Assembly: GCA_964426735.1 (NCBI GenBank) | Contig: CAYRRP010000002.1 | Coordinates: forward strand, 6,582-70,581 | From: an uncultured Candidatus Saccharibacteria bacterium | Lineage (GTDB): Bacteria; Patescibacteriota; Minisyncoccia; Phycocordibacterales; DATDWN01 | Length of the DNA: 64,000 nt | Direction: 5' to 3' | Shown: positions 8,430-19,964 of the stretch, one piece after another | Numbering within the stretch: the first letter of the stretch is position 1 | Layout of the letters: each line of letters starts with the position of its first letter | The notes under the pieces: model-generated | Database searches by the model: none | What the model saw: the letters and a program-made list of their open reading frames with translations, nothing else | What the model was told of the DNA's origin: nothing | Translations under genes and position numbers: made by a program

Positions 8430-10172
8430 TTAATGTTTAATAAAGAATTTCCATACATCGTTTGTATTGATATACCACTCGTGTACATTGAGGAATCGTT
8501 CTCCAGAAATGGTGAGTTGACCAAGTGTAATGTTTTTAACTCGTGTCGGTGTGATATATATAAAGTAAGGTGCATACAAGAAGACGGCAGGAGTATCATT
8601 TTTAATTTCTGTTTCAAATGAAGAAAGATACTTTTTCTTGATGGTTTCATCGGTTGTTTTTCGGTAATCTTCGAGGAGTTTGTCGGTTTTTGGGTTTGCG
8701 TATAATGCAATGTTGAGTCCGGGATCACTTCGTTGTGATGAGTGCCAAAATGGATACACATCGAGATCTCTTCCAAGGACTTCTCCGAAGAGAAGAGAAT
8801 CATATTTACGAGGGCGAATGATATTCTGATTTAGATCACCGACTTCAAAAATTTTTACCTCTACTCGTGCACCAAGTTGTTGCCAACGAGTCTGTATATT
8901 TTGCGCAAGCGCTTTGAGTTCTGGTGCATCGGAAGTAGAAATAGAGAAAGAAAGTATTTCAGTGTCTTTGCCGGTCTTTTTTTCGTATACTCCCTGATCA
9001 TTAAATGCCCAGCCTGCCTTCTCGAGGATTGCACGAGCGTCACTTAAGCGCTCTTCAGGTGTTGTCTCGGTACGGTCGGTTGTGTTGGTATGAAGTGGGC
9101 CGTTGAGTGCTTGCCCGTATCCGACAAGAACTTCTTGAATGATTTGATTTTTATCAATCACACGATCAAGTGCAAGGCGTACTTCCTTGTTTACCAATAC
9201 GGGATTCTCGTTTTGGTTGAAGAATACGCCAAAGACGCGAGGAAGAGGTTGGGTAATCGTACGTGCATTGCTTGTGCTTAGAAGTGCAACATTTTGTGGG
9301 GATATACTATTGATACTTTCTACATCTCCATTTTCAAATCCATCAAGCAAATTTTTTTCATTTGTATAAAATTTTAATACAAGAGTGTCGATGTATGGTC
9401 TACCAAGTGAATATTTTTTGAATGCATGAAGAGTGTATGTAGTTGGGAGACCAGATGCATTTGTTGCAAATGAGTCGACTGAATATGGCCCACTTCCTAC
9501 TGGTTTGGTGTTGAATGTGCTAAATGGGAAACTTTCAGTATCTACATTTTTCCAAATATGCTTTGGTAAAATACCGAGTGTGGTATTTTGAATAAAAGGT
9601 GAGTATGCTTGCTTGAGTGTAAATCTCACTGTGTGTTCGTCAATCTTTTCAACCTTTACTCCATCCCAGTTACTTCGGCGAGGACTTTTTAAAAATGCAT
9701 CTTGTGCTTTTTGGACAGTAAATTCGACATCGTCAGCAGTGACAGGTGTGCCGTCGTGAAATACAGCAGTCTTTTTTAATGTAAATGTATAGATTAATCC
9801 ATCTTCTGAAATAGAATATTCCTGAGCAAGGTCTGGATGTAGACCGCCGTCAGATGTAGCTTTCATGAGTCCAGAGTATACGAGAGATGTGAGGTCTCGG
9901 TCTGCGTCAGAAATCGCAAGAATAGGGTTTATAAATCGAGGTGAACCTACAATACCTTCAGTAATACTTCCACCATAGTCAGGTACTTCTACAAGAAAAG
10001 ATTTGTTGAGTGTGTAAAGTAAAATAAGTCCAGAAATAATACAGATGATACTGATACATGCAAAAAGTATCTTTTCTGTAATAGAAAATGATGAAATAAG
10101 AGATCGTATAGTAGTATAATGAGACACTATCCACCGCTTGTGCGCTTGAGTGTCAGGTAGGTTATTTTCCAC
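8430..10172 (-). CDS. Peptide ABC transporter substrate-binding protein (family 5)
   Basis: FHDGTPVTADDVEFT and PVGSGPY motifs; N-terminal TM anchor. Confidence 0.9.
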   Translation of the reverse strand: MENNLPDTQAHKRWIVSHYTTIRSLISSFSITEKILFACISIICIISGLILLYTLNKSFLVEVPDYGGSITEGIVGSPRFINPILAISDADRDLTSLVYSGLMKATSDGGLHPDLAQEYSISEDGLIYTFTLKKTAVFHDGTPVTADDVEFTVQKAQDAFLKSPRRSNWDGVKVEKIDEHTVRFTLKQAYSPFIQNTTLGILPKHIWKNVDTESFPFSTFNTKPVGSGPYSVDSFATNASGLPTTYTLHAFKKYSLGRPYIDTLVLKFYTNEKNLLDGFENGDVESINSISPQNVALLSTSNARTITQPLPRVFGVFFNQNENPVLVNKEVRLALDRVIDKNQIIQEVLVGYGQALNGPLHTNTTDRTETTPEERLSDARAILEKAGWAFNDQGVYEKKTGKDTEILSFSISTSDAPELKALAQNIQTRWQQLGARVEVKIFEVGDLNQNIIRPRKYDSLLFGEVLGRDLDVYPFWHSSQRSDPGLNIALYANPKTDKLLEDYRKTTDETIKKKYLSSFETEIKNDTPAVFLYAPYFIYITPTRVKNITLGQLTISGERFLNVHEWYINTNDVWKFFIKH

Positions 10173-10227
10173 GAAAAATTGTGTTAATAAGTTAAAACAC
10201 TGAGTAGTCTAAAAAAGACGAGAATGG

Positions 10228-10458
10228 TTAGTTCAGTCGAAGTATAGCAAATGAAAGGGCAGTAAAAATCACTGCAATAACAATAGTTGCAATAAATACT
10301 ACTTTCTCACCTCCTCGTTTTGTATGATGTCCAGACGAGAAACTATCGCCTCCAAAAGCACCTCCAAGGCCAGCTTCTGATCTCTGGAGCAGTACACCTC
10401 CGATGAGGAGTACAGATAGTGCAATCTGAACATACGGAATTAAGTTAACAATACTCAT
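10228..10458 (-). CDS. secG: Preprotein translocase subunit SecG
   Basis: Two TM helices joined by VLLQRSEAGLGGAFGG. Confidence 0.9.
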   Translation of the reverse strand: MSIVNLIPYVQIALSVLLIGGVLLQRSEAGLGGAFGGDSFSSGHHTKRGGEKVVFIATIVIAVIFTALSFAILRLN

Positions 10459-10559
10459 GTTGGGAACAGTATAGCAGATAGGGAATAAAAGGGTATATTG
10501 ACAATGTGTGTTTAAATGTTATTGTTAAATAAGTATTTTCACGAATCAAGGAGATATTT

Positions 10560-10964
10560 ATGGAATTACCGTTGACAGGCACTATCCTGGAAAGACATCT
10601 TTCCTCTATGGTGAGGGAGTTTATGGGAGGTGCCGAGGTCGCTCATGTTGTACTTTGGGGTACTCGAGATGAGTTTGGTACCAATATAAGAACCATATGT
10701 CTTACAGAAGAGCAGGCTGGACTTGCTGTTATGAAAATTCATCAAGGGGAGGATCATGGAGCTGATTTTGGTTTTCTTCCAGAAAACCTGTACATCATTG
10801 TTCTTGATCTTGATCAAACTGAATTGGTCGAATTCCTTGTTTGGGTATTTAGGAACAAGGAACATTTTGACTTTTCAAAATTTGGAGTATCGGCTGCAGG
10901 CGAAGGGTGTGGGTTGGTACCATTCATTTTTGAAAACGGGGCTTTCGAATATATAGACAAATAG
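10560..10964 (+). CDS. Hypothetical protein (orphan cassette)
   Basis: TTGACA at 10498, AAGGAG SD, own terminator; no motif recognised. Confidence 0.6.
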   Translation: MELPLTGTILERHLSSMVREFMGGAEVAHVVLWGTRDEFGTNIRTICLTEEQAGLAVMKIHQGEDHGADFGFLPENLYIIVLDLDQTELVEFLVWVFRNKEHFDFSKFGVSAAGEGCGLVPFIFENGAFEYIDK

Positions 10965-10986
10965 TATCTTCTAATGGAACAGTTTG

Positions 10987-11015
10987 TGCCCCGCCGGCTT
11001 CGGCGGGGCATTTTG
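10987..11015 (+). terminator. Intrinsic terminator
   Basis: tgccccgccg-gctt-cggcggggca followed by tttt. Confidence 0.85.
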
Positions 11016-11083
11016 TTGACTTGTTAACAATCAAAAATTATACTGTATGCGTACATTAGTAATATTAATAAGCAAAAGATAAT

Positions 11084-11407
11084 ATGAAAAAAACAGAGAC
11101 GAAAAAAACGACCATACAACCTCTCGGAAATCGTGTGCTTATACGGCCTTTTACGAAAGAAGAGGTTACAAAGAAAAATAATTTTGGCATTATCTTGCCT
11201 GATTCTGATGCGAAACAGAAAATGGAACAAGGGACTGTCATTGCTACAGGTCCTGGGCTTTATGTAGACGGCAAACTGGTGAAGGTTTCTGTGCAGAAGG
11301 GAGATGTCGTAGCGTTTTCAAAATACGGTTTTGATGATATTGAGGTAGATGGGGAAATATTGTATTTGATTAAGGAAGAAAACATGCTTGCTATTTTAAA
11401 AAATTAA
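11084..11407 (+). CDS. groES: Co-chaperonin GroES
   Basis: IQPLGNRVLI, GIILPD, GTVIATGPG; directly upstream of groEL. Confidence 0.95.
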   Translation: MKKTETKKTTIQPLGNRVLIRPFTKEEVTKKNNFGIILPDSDAKQKMEQGTVIATGPGLYVDGKLVKVSVQKGDVVAFSKYGFDDIEVDGEILYLIKEENMLAILKN

Positions 11408-11453
11408 TTGAATTTAAAGCTCTTGTTTATGCGAGCCGTAGCTTTAAAGCTAA

Positions 11454-13097
<1,644 letters not shown>

Positions 13098-13125
13098 AGG
13101 TAGAGGTTTGATGTAAGAATTTAGA

Positions 13126-13162
13126 AATACCACCCCAAGGGTACCCCTTGGGGTGGTATTTA
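13126..13162. terminator. Intrinsic terminator after groEL
   Basis: aaataccaccccaagg-gtacc-ccttggggtggtattt. Confidence 0.8.
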
Positions 13163-13205
13163 CGTAATAATAAAAATATGATATGGTATTGAAGGAGACC
13201 ATGCA

Positions 13206-13682
13206 TTGAAACTTGCAGGATTTTTCATTATTTTTGCCGTTAGTTTAACGGCAGGTAGCTTGGGTGTAGTTGGGTGCGACGAGCATCCAAACTATACCGC
13301 TCAGATACCGTGCGGTCATCTGAGTAATCTTTCGGGGGTAACTCTGGAAGATCTAGCTTCCGAGTTCCCTCAAAACGTCATTGTTTTTTCCGACCAGTGG
13401 GTCGGGTATCTGGATCCGGTCTTACCGGCTCTCCAAATTATCTGGACCACTCGGTGGACAGAGTGGGTGGTAAAAGAGGAGCCAAATTTTGAACGATTTG
13501 TCCCTCCACCACCTCCACCACCTTGTATTACTGGGTGCGATCCGCCCCCACCACCTCCACCTCCGCCTCCTCCGCCGCCAGCGGTAGAGGTTCCAGAGGG
13601 GAATCAAGTTGTACTTGTTCTTGCAGGACTGATACTCATCGTCTATCTCTATCAGTCCCAATCGCCAGAGAAAAGGAGATAG
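13206..13682 (+). CDS. Secreted poly-Pro protein with degenerate PEP-CTERM-like tail
   Basis: Signal-like N-terminus; P7 and P13 tracts; then VEVPEG-TM-...KRR. TTG start after AAGGAG. Confidence 0.65.
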   Translation: MKLAGFFIIFAVSLTAGSLGVVGCDEHPNYTAQIPCGHLSNLSGVTLEDLASEFPQNVIVFSDQWVGYLDPVLPALQIIWTTRWTEWVVKEEPNFERFVPPPPPPPCITGCDPPPPPPPPPPPPPAVEVPEGNQVVLVLAGLILIVYLYQSQSPEKRR

Positions 13683-13690
13683 ATTCTGTA

Positions 13691-13729
13691 CCGGCTCAGG
13701 TGTGTCACACACCTGAGCCGGCTTTTTTA
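13691..13729 (+). terminator. Intrinsic terminator
   Basis: ccggctcaggtgtg-tca-cacacctgagccgg followed by cttttt. Confidence 0.85.
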
Positions 13730-13767
13730 TGGTATAATGGAAGAAATTATTTTTAATACAAACAAAT

Positions 13768-14352
13768 ATGCAAGAGAAAAATTTTATACAACGAAATCTT
13801 GGATGGATTATCCCAGTGGGTATTATTGTGGTGTTGGTGATGTGGGGAGTGTCTGTATACAACGGACTTATCTCACAAAATGTTGCTATTGATGCACAAT
13901 GGGCACAAGTGGAAAATCAACTCCAGCGACGTTTTGATCTTATTCCAAACCTTGTGGCTACAGTGAAAGGTATCGCAGGTCAGGAGCAAGAAGTGTTTGG
14001 TGCGATTGCGGAAGCTCGTACACGATATAGTGGAGCAGCGACAGTAGATGCAAAGGCACAAGCTGCAGGTCAAGTAGAGTCAGCTCTCGGACGACTTTTG
14101 GTTATTGCAGAAAACTATCCGCAACTACAATCATCGCAAGCATTTCGAGATCTTATGATTCAACTCGAAGGTACAGAAAATCGTATTGCAACAGAGCGTA
14201 TGAATTATAATAATCAGGTGAAAGTATTGAATGCTTCAGTAAAACGACTTCCGACTTTGTTGTTTGCTCGAATATTTGGTATCAATGAACGAGCGTATTT
14301 TGAAGTAAGTGCGGAAGCTCAAACTAATCCTACGGTAGATTTCAAAAACTAA
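13768..14352 (+). CDS. lemA: LemA family protein
   Basis: QLQRRFDLIPNLV, ENYPQL, LEGTENRIA. Confidence 0.95.
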   Translation: MQEKNFIQRNLGWIIPVGIIVVLVMWGVSVYNGLISQNVAIDAQWAQVENQLQRRFDLIPNLVATVKGIAGQEQEVFGAIAEARTRYSGAATVDAKAQAAGQVESALGRLLVIAENYPQLQSSQAFRDLMIQLEGTENRIATERMNYNNQVKVLNASVKRLPTLLFARIFGINERAYFEVSAEAQTNPTVDFKN

Positions 14353-14371
14353 TTTTTCTGAGGATTTTCTC

Positions 14372-15247
14372 ATGAAAAAAATTATTAGTACACTTTTGTT
14401 TGTATTTCTCATGCTCCCGACTAGCGTAGGAGCATTTGACGTACCTGCCAAACCATCAAGTTATGTAGCAGATTATGCAGGATTGCTCTCAGAAGATGAA
14501 AAGAATACTCTTGAGCAAAAACTAAATATATTTGAACAAACATCTACCAATGAAATTGCTGTGGTTACGATTGCCTCGCTCAATGGTGAAGAAATTGCCG
14601 ATGTTGCTCAACAAATATTTACTGCATGGGGGATTGGTAAGAAAGATAAAAATAATGGAGTACTCTTACTTATTTCCCTTTCAGATCGGAAGACTCGTAT
14701 TCAGACAGGTTATGGTGTGGAAGGTGCCCTTACTGACTTGGGCACCTCGTATATTCAAAGTGATTTGATTACCCCTGCATTTCGTGCCGGTGAGTATGGA
14801 AAAGGAATCAGTGATGCGGTTGATGCAATGATTGAAGCGCTTGGTGGTGCTTCTATTGTGCCTGAAGATTATACTCCAGAAAAGACAAGTAAGATGCCGT
14901 GGGACTTTATATTTATTGCAGGGTTTATTGTGATTCAGTGGATGGCAGCAATACTAGCGAAATCAAAATCTTGGTGGGGAGGAGGGGTGCTCGGTGGTGT
15001 GGTTATGCTGATTGTTATGTGGTTTACAGGTATTTTCTCGATTCCGTTTTTCATCGCGTCAATCGTGTTTGGATTATTATTTGATTTTATTGTTTCTCGT
15101 GCATACGCTAAACATAAAACAAGTGGCACTGCACTTCCATGGTTTATCGGTGGAGGTAGAGGTGGTGGGAGTTCTTTTGGAGGCGGAGGCTTTGGTGGTT
15201 TTGGAGGAGGCTCTTCAGGAGGAGGTGGTTCGAGTGGGAGCTGGTAG
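14372..15247 (+). CDS. TPM domain-containing protein
   Basis: WGIGKKDKNNGVLLLI, GYGVEGALTD, Gly-rich GGGSSGGGGSSGSW tail; follows lemA. Confidence 0.92.
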   Translation: MKKIISTLLFVFLMLPTSVGAFDVPAKPSSYVADYAGLLSEDEKNTLEQKLNIFEQTSTNEIAVVTIASLNGEEIADVAQQIFTAWGIGKKDKNNGVLLLISLSDRKTRIQTGYGVEGALTDLGTSYIQSDLITPAFRAGEYGKGISDAVDAMIEALGGASIVPEDYTPEKTSKMPWDFIFIAGFIVIQWMAAILAKSKSWWGGGVLGGVVMLIVMWFTGIFSIPFFIASIVFGLLFDFIVSRAYAKHKTSGTALPWFIGGGRGGGSSFGGGGFGGFGGGSSGGGGSSGSW

Positions 15248-15274
15248 TATACTATTAATCATTTTAATGTATAT

Positions 15275-15778
15275 ATGAAAAAATATAATATTCCAGAAAT
15301 AAAAGATAAAGAGTTACATCGGATAGTAACCACCACTATTATTTATAAAAAAAATAAAGGTCAGTATATATATCTGATTACAAAACGTTCAGCTCAGAAG
15401 AAAGTGCATCCAAATAAGTGGACAGTTCCAGGGGGAGGACTCTCAACAGATGACTATGTTCATCTTACACCAAGTACAACAGGTGCTCCTCAGTGGTATG
15501 GAGCATTGAATAATTCTTTACTTCGAGAAATAAAAGAAGAAGTCGGTTTAAAAATTGGCAAACCAGAGTTTCTTGTCGATCTTACGTTTATTCGTCCTGA
15601 TGGTATACCTGTTATTGTGTTTAGTTATTTTGCTCAGTATATTTCTGGTCAGGTAAAATTAGATGAAGATGCAGTTGATTTTAAATGGGTGACGCTCAAA
15701 GAAGCGAAGAAATATGATTTGATAGATGGTATTTGGGAGGAGATAAGAGATACCGAGAAGATTTTGAAAAAGAGATAA
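15275..15778 (+). CDS. NUDIX hydrolase
   Basis: WTVPGG...LLREIKEEVGL Nudix box with an insertion. Confidence 0.85.
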   Translation: MKKYNIPEIKDKELHRIVTTTIIYKKNKGQYIYLITKRSAQKKVHPNKWTVPGGGLSTDDYVHLTPSTTGAPQWYGALNNSLLREIKEEVGLKIGKPEFLVDLTFIRPDGIPVIVFSYFAQYISGQVKLDEDAVDFKWVTLKEAKKYDLIDGIWEEIRDTEKILKKR

Positions 15779-15786
15779 GGAGGTAG

Positions 15787-15873
15787 GGAGGATTCGTATA
15801 GCGGTCTAGTGCGCTCGCTTGGAAAGCGGGTAGGGAAGAAATTCCCTCAGGAGTTCGAATCTCCTATCCTCCG
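15787..15873 (+). tRNA. tRNA-Ser(GGA)
   Basis: Acceptor GGAGGAT/ATCCTCC, anticodon loop TTGGAAA, long variable arm, T-loop GTTCGAATC; CCA not encoded. Confidence 0.93.
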
Positions 15874-15900
15874 CTAAAATTCGAAGTGCTGGCATAAAAA

Positions 15901-15925
15901 TGAGGGAGTTGTTGAAACTCCCTCA
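15901..15925 (-). terminator. Hairpin terminator for the 15956-16276 gene (may also serve the tRNA)
   Basis: tgagggagtt-gttga-aactccctca preceded by an A-run. Confidence 0.7.
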
Positions 15926-15955
15926 CGGTCTTCTGTAACATATCCAAGGTAAGAT

Positions 15956-16276
15956 CTAGTTGAGTTTTGGGTCGAAAAACCCTATAAGAGACAGTCCTTC
16001 AGTGGACCCTTTCTCTGAAAGATGTGCGAGCACTCTGATTTTTTCAGTTTCAGCTTCGACATCAGTCTCGAAGGTCTGAATAAACTTTTTTTGTTCTCCG
16101 CAGTGTTCGGGTTGTGGCGATGCTCCAAGAAAATATTTGAAATTAGATCCGTTCTCACGAACGTGGATACCAATCGCAAAATTTCCTCTCTTTAAAACTT
16201 CTCTACAAACCTTACATCCCTGAACGATACCCTCCGGATGCTCTACGACCAACACTTCACATTCATTATTTTTCAT
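15956..16276 (-). CDS. Hypothetical protein
   Basis: 106-aa ORF with AAAGGA SD and a CxxC motif; own terminator. Confidence 0.6.
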   Translation of the reverse strand: MKNNECEVLVVEHPEGIVQGCKVCREVLKRGNFAIGIHVRENGSNFKYFLGASPQPEHCGEQKKFIQTFETDVEAETEKIRVLAHLSEKGSTEGLSLIGFFDPKLN

Positions 16277-16406
16277 AACGCTTTCCTTTTGGTTTGAAAT
16301 GAACTACTTCACTGAATTGAGTATAGCTGGGACAAAAGCATAAGTGAAGTTTTATATCAAATAAATAATATTTGTATCTTTTTGTTATATATGATATTTT
16401 TTTATT

Positions 16407-17051
16407 ATGATCAAAATAAACGATGTAGTTCAGTATATTTTATATAAAGACGAAGAAGCTCTCACCGCTCTGGCAAAGGGTTATATGAATTTATCTAAAT
16501 ATGCTAAACAAATTCAGGGGGAAGTTAGGGAAAAATCAAAAAAAGAAGTGGGTATTCCGGGGATTGTAGTTTCGTTATCTCGTCTAGCCCAAAAAACCAA
16601 TTCTAAGCATCCACTGATCCAAGATGTTCAAATAAAAAATATTACAACAAAAACTCCTCTTTCAGAGATTGTGTACAGTAAGACCACTGAATCAATCTCA
16701 AAACTTTCCAAAATATACGACAAAGCTAAAACTGGTGCTGATGATTTTTTCACAATAACACTCTCTACAAATGAAATTACAGTTATCTGTAGTGATAGAA
16801 TAAAAGCAGAAATTGAGAGAACACTAAAAGAAAAGCCAGTAATGACTGTAAAAAATCTTGCTTCTATTGGTCTGTCTATCGATCCAAAATACTATCCAAT
16901 GCCAAATATAACCTATTCCTTAATTAGAAGAATCGCACAAAAGAGAATACCCTTGGCAGAAACTATTACTACCCGCACAGAAATTATTTTTGTGTTTGAA
17001 CAAAAATATTTAGCTGAGATGGTTGATTTGTTCATTGTTAAAGAAAACTAG
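16407..17051 (+). CDS. Hypothetical protein with probable ACT-like C-terminal domains
   Basis: N-terminal GYMNLSKYAKQI helix bundle; ACT-like pattern (NEITVI, TEIIFVF). Confidence 0.6.
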   Translation: MIKINDVVQYILYKDEEALTALAKGYMNLSKYAKQIQGEVREKSKKEVGIPGIVVSLSRLAQKTNSKHPLIQDVQIKNITTKTPLSEIVYSKTTESISKLSKIYDKAKTGADDFFTITLSTNEITVICSDRIKAEIERTLKEKPVMTVKNLASIGLSIDPKYYPMPNITYSLIRRIAQKRIPLAETITTRTEIIFVFEQKYLAEMVDLFIVKEN

Positions 17052-17104
17052 CCGTCCATCAAAGAACCAGAAAAACCAAAGTTCGAAGTGTTGGCATAAA
17101 AATG

Positions 17105-17694
17105 GTAGAAAGGGAATTTCTGACCCAAATGAACTTGAAAGGTACATAATAAATATTTACAAAACACTACTCACGCGTGGTATAAAAGGCACTTATGTTT
17201 ATGTTGTTGATTAAAATTTAAGAAATTGTTTAAACCAAGTTGTAAATAAAACCTCGATCTCAATTCAAAAAGAAATTACTCCAGGAATAATAAAATCTCC
17301 ATATGTTGGTGAAATGGTTAGTGTTCCATTGGTTGGGTCTGCGCCTTGTGGGGAACCACTTTTGGGAGAAAGTAATATTGAGGAAATGATACAAGTCGAA
17401 AAAAACAAAATTAAACCCGGGACCAAATATTTTATTGTTAGAGCTAGTGGAGATTCCATGAATAAAGCGGGAATAGATGATGGTGGTCTTGTTCTCTGTC
17501 GGTATGCTGAAAAAGGGGAAACTGGTGATAGAGTCGTTGCATTACTTGGTGGTGAAAATGTAACGATAAAATATTATGATAAGAAGGATGGTCGTAGAAT
17601 TTTGTTGCCAAAAAGTACCAACCCCGATCATCAGCCGATTGTCCCAGAAGAAGGAGATACTGTTCAAGGTGTAGTTCAGGAAATTTTGAAATAA
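17105..17694 (+). pseudogene. Remnant of a DUF2075-type helicase fused to a LexA/S24 peptidase domain
   Basis: NIYKTLLTRGIKGTYVYVVD, then an in-frame TAA (17212-17214), then NLRN... continuing in frame into VPLVGSAPCG...SGDSM...TIK (17314-17694). The 5' part is missing. Confidence 0.7.
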
Positions 17695-17867
17695 ATTTTA
17701 ACACAGCCATGTATGATTCGAGACTTTTGTTGGATATTATAAATAGTGGCTTACCCTGTCTTCCTGGCTAAATCTCCCTGTCCCCGCAAAATCGTGATAG
17801 TACGAGATAAGTCTAAAAAAGGCCCCAATTGAGTGCTTTTTAAACTTGATAAATGTATGATGAGTTT

Positions 17868-18986
17868 ATGGCAAAATGCATCTACTGCTTAAAAGATGAG
17901 ATAGGGACAACTTTTCTAAGCAGGGAACATGTTATTCCTCAGTCTTTTGGCACTTTTACCCCGTTAAATCCAAATATAAAAGGTGATGTTGTCTGCGATA
18001 GTTGTAATACAAAAATCCTAAGTCCTCTGGAAACTAATTTCATTGAAGATTCAATGGAGGGTTTTTTCGCACAACGATTAAATCTGAACAATAGAAACAG
18101 TATCACAATGAGAAATGGAAACTTTAAGATTGATACAGATAGCGGTTTTGGTCATGATTTCTTTAATCAAATGGTTTTTCCACTTAAACCAGAAAACGAT
18201 AAGCTCGTTCCTTATCCAAAAACTCAAATAAAATTTCGAGGGCTCGGAGGTCAATCTTGTCGAGTGTTCTTTCCAGAAGCACTAAAACAAATCAAAAAAG
18301 ACTCAAAAGAGTTTTTGAAACTTTCTGCTGACATGAAGAAACTAAGTCAAAAAGATCTCTGTATTTTCGCTGAGACGCATGAGGATATGAATGAGGTCGT
18401 CGTACTTTTAAAGGAGTACGGTGTGATTTACAACGAAAAAGAGCGTTATCACAAACCTTTTGAAGAAGGTGTGAAGTACGAATTGTCAGAAGACTATTCT
18501 TGTACAGTAAATCATAATATTGGTCGTGTCCTAGCAAAGATTGCACTGAATTATTTTGTGTATTGTTGTATACAAGACAGTCAAAAATCACTTCTGCTAT
18601 TGCCAGGTTTTGATCCAATAAGAAACTATATATTTAAAGGGGATGGAAAAATGCGAGACTTCATTGTTTCTGTTAATGAGAAGCCTATTACTTATTATGA
18701 AAATGAAAATGATGAGAGGATCATTTCGCATATCATTAATTTTATTGAAGAAAATGGAATGGTTGTTGCAAGAATGACATTCTTTGGTTGTCCTGCAATC
18801 TACAAAATTATTTTAGGTGAGATGCCAAACGGAATACCTGTCAAAAACTTTGGGTGTGGGCATTTATTCGATCCTTTTTCAAAAAGAATTATCAATATGG
18901 CAAATAAACCCACGCCAGAGGAGCTAACTTCTGAACAAGTGAGGGTAACTTTCGGTATACAAAAAAGATATCGTTTTGGCACATAA
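17868..18986 (+). CDS. HNH endonuclease domain protein
   Basis: CIYC...REHVIP...VCDSCN zinc/HNH signature at the N-terminus. Confidence 0.75.
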   Translation: MAKCIYCLKDEIGTTFLSREHVIPQSFGTFTPLNPNIKGDVVCDSCNTKILSPLETNFIEDSMEGFFAQRLNLNNRNSITMRNGNFKIDTDSGFGHDFFNQMVFPLKPENDKLVPYPKTQIKFRGLGGQSCRVFFPEALKQIKKDSKEFLKLSADMKKLSQKDLCIFAETHEDMNEVVVLLKEYGVIYNEKERYHKPFEEGVKYELSEDYSCTVNHNIGRVLAKIALNYFVYCCIQDSQKSLLLLPGFDPIRNYIFKGDGKMRDFIVSVNEKPITYYENENDERIISHIINFIEENGMVVARMTFFGCPAIYKIILGEMPNGIPVKNFGCGHLFDPFSKRIINMANKPTPEELTSEQVRVTFGIQKRYRFGT

Positions 18987-19055
18987 TGATCGGGTTTTTG
19001 AAGGTACTCTAAAAAAGTAGATTGCAAATTCGCCTGTAAACCTTATGATGAAAGA

Positions 19056-19964
19056 GTGAAAAAGCGTCACCACACCGTGCCGAGATGTTACCTAGAAAAC
19101 TTCACTGACCATGATGGTTTTGTTTGGGTTTTGGATACAAAAGACAATATATTCCGTATTAAGCCTGAAAATATTCTCCTTGAAAATCACTTCTACACTA
19201 TCACACTCAAGGACGGTGAAAAGAGCTTCGTAGTTGAAGATACTCTGGCCAATATTGAAGGAGCGTACATTGCAATCTTTCAGAATAAAATTGAAAAAGA
19301 GCTTCCTCTTACTGATGAAGAAAGAGCAAGAGTTGCTGTTTTTATAGCTGCGCTTTATATAAGAACTTCACCGTATAGAGAGGGTCTTCGCAGTGCGTTT
19401 GGAACGCTCAGAAGGGGTATGGAAGATTGGAAAAAGCAGTTTGAGACAATGAGTAAAGAATCGAAAAGGGCTATGGCTGCTATCCAATCTTCCGGCAAAG
19501 ATGAATTAATCAGTATTGATGATTTGGATAAGTACTTAGAGAATTTTAATGAACATCATTCTGTAAACGTGATTGAACAGTTGCCTGAGATTGCCCAAAT
19601 CATATTTGATATGAAGTGGGCTATCTGGAGAGATATTAATAGTAATTTTGTTACAAGCGATGATCCTGTTGTGCTTTTGCGGCCAGAGTCAATTAAAAAA
19701 TATGGAGCAAATGCAATTGGTAGCAAACCAGGGCTTCTTTATAAAGATACTGAGTTAACACTTCCTCTATCGAAAGATAGATTGCTTTTAGCAGGATGGA
19801 TACTGAACAAAAATTCTTATATAGATGTTCCTGATGATATTGTCCGGAGGATAAACCACAGAACGATAACAGGATCTTCAGATAGAATTATTACTAAATC
19901 TCAAAAGGATGCTGAAACAATAAGAGATAAATATACCGAAACTGTAAATAAGACAGAAAAATGA
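19056..19964 (+). CDS. DUF4238 domain protein
   Basis: HHTVPRCYLENF start, FVTSDDPV, LPLS motifs. Confidence 0.8.
   Translation: MKKRHHTVPRCYLENFTDHDGFVWVLDTKDNIFRIKPENILLENHFYTITLKDGEKSFVVEDTLANIEGAYIAIFQNKIEKELPLTDEERARVAVFIAALYIRTSPYREGLRSAFGTLRRGMEDWKKQFETMSKESKRAMAAIQSSGKDELISIDDLDKYLENFNEHHSVNVIEQLPEIAQIIFDMKWAIWRDINSNFVTSDDPVVLLRPESIKKYGANAIGSKPGLLYKDTELTLPLSKDRLLLAGWILNKNSYIDVPDDIVRRINHRTITGSSDRIITKSQKDAETIRDKYTETVNKTEK

Larger units (their letters stand above)
15880..17104 (+). repeat. 23-bp direct repeat pair (15880-15902 and 17082-17104)
   Basis: ttcgaagtg(c/t)tggcataaaaatg with one mismatch; brackets two genes. Confidence 0.8.

Noticed and set aside
17771-17790. aatctccctgtccccgc as a tRNA-Ser 3' duplication (attR)
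   Set aside because: Right shape, but only 12 of 17 bases match the resident tRNA; too weak to call.
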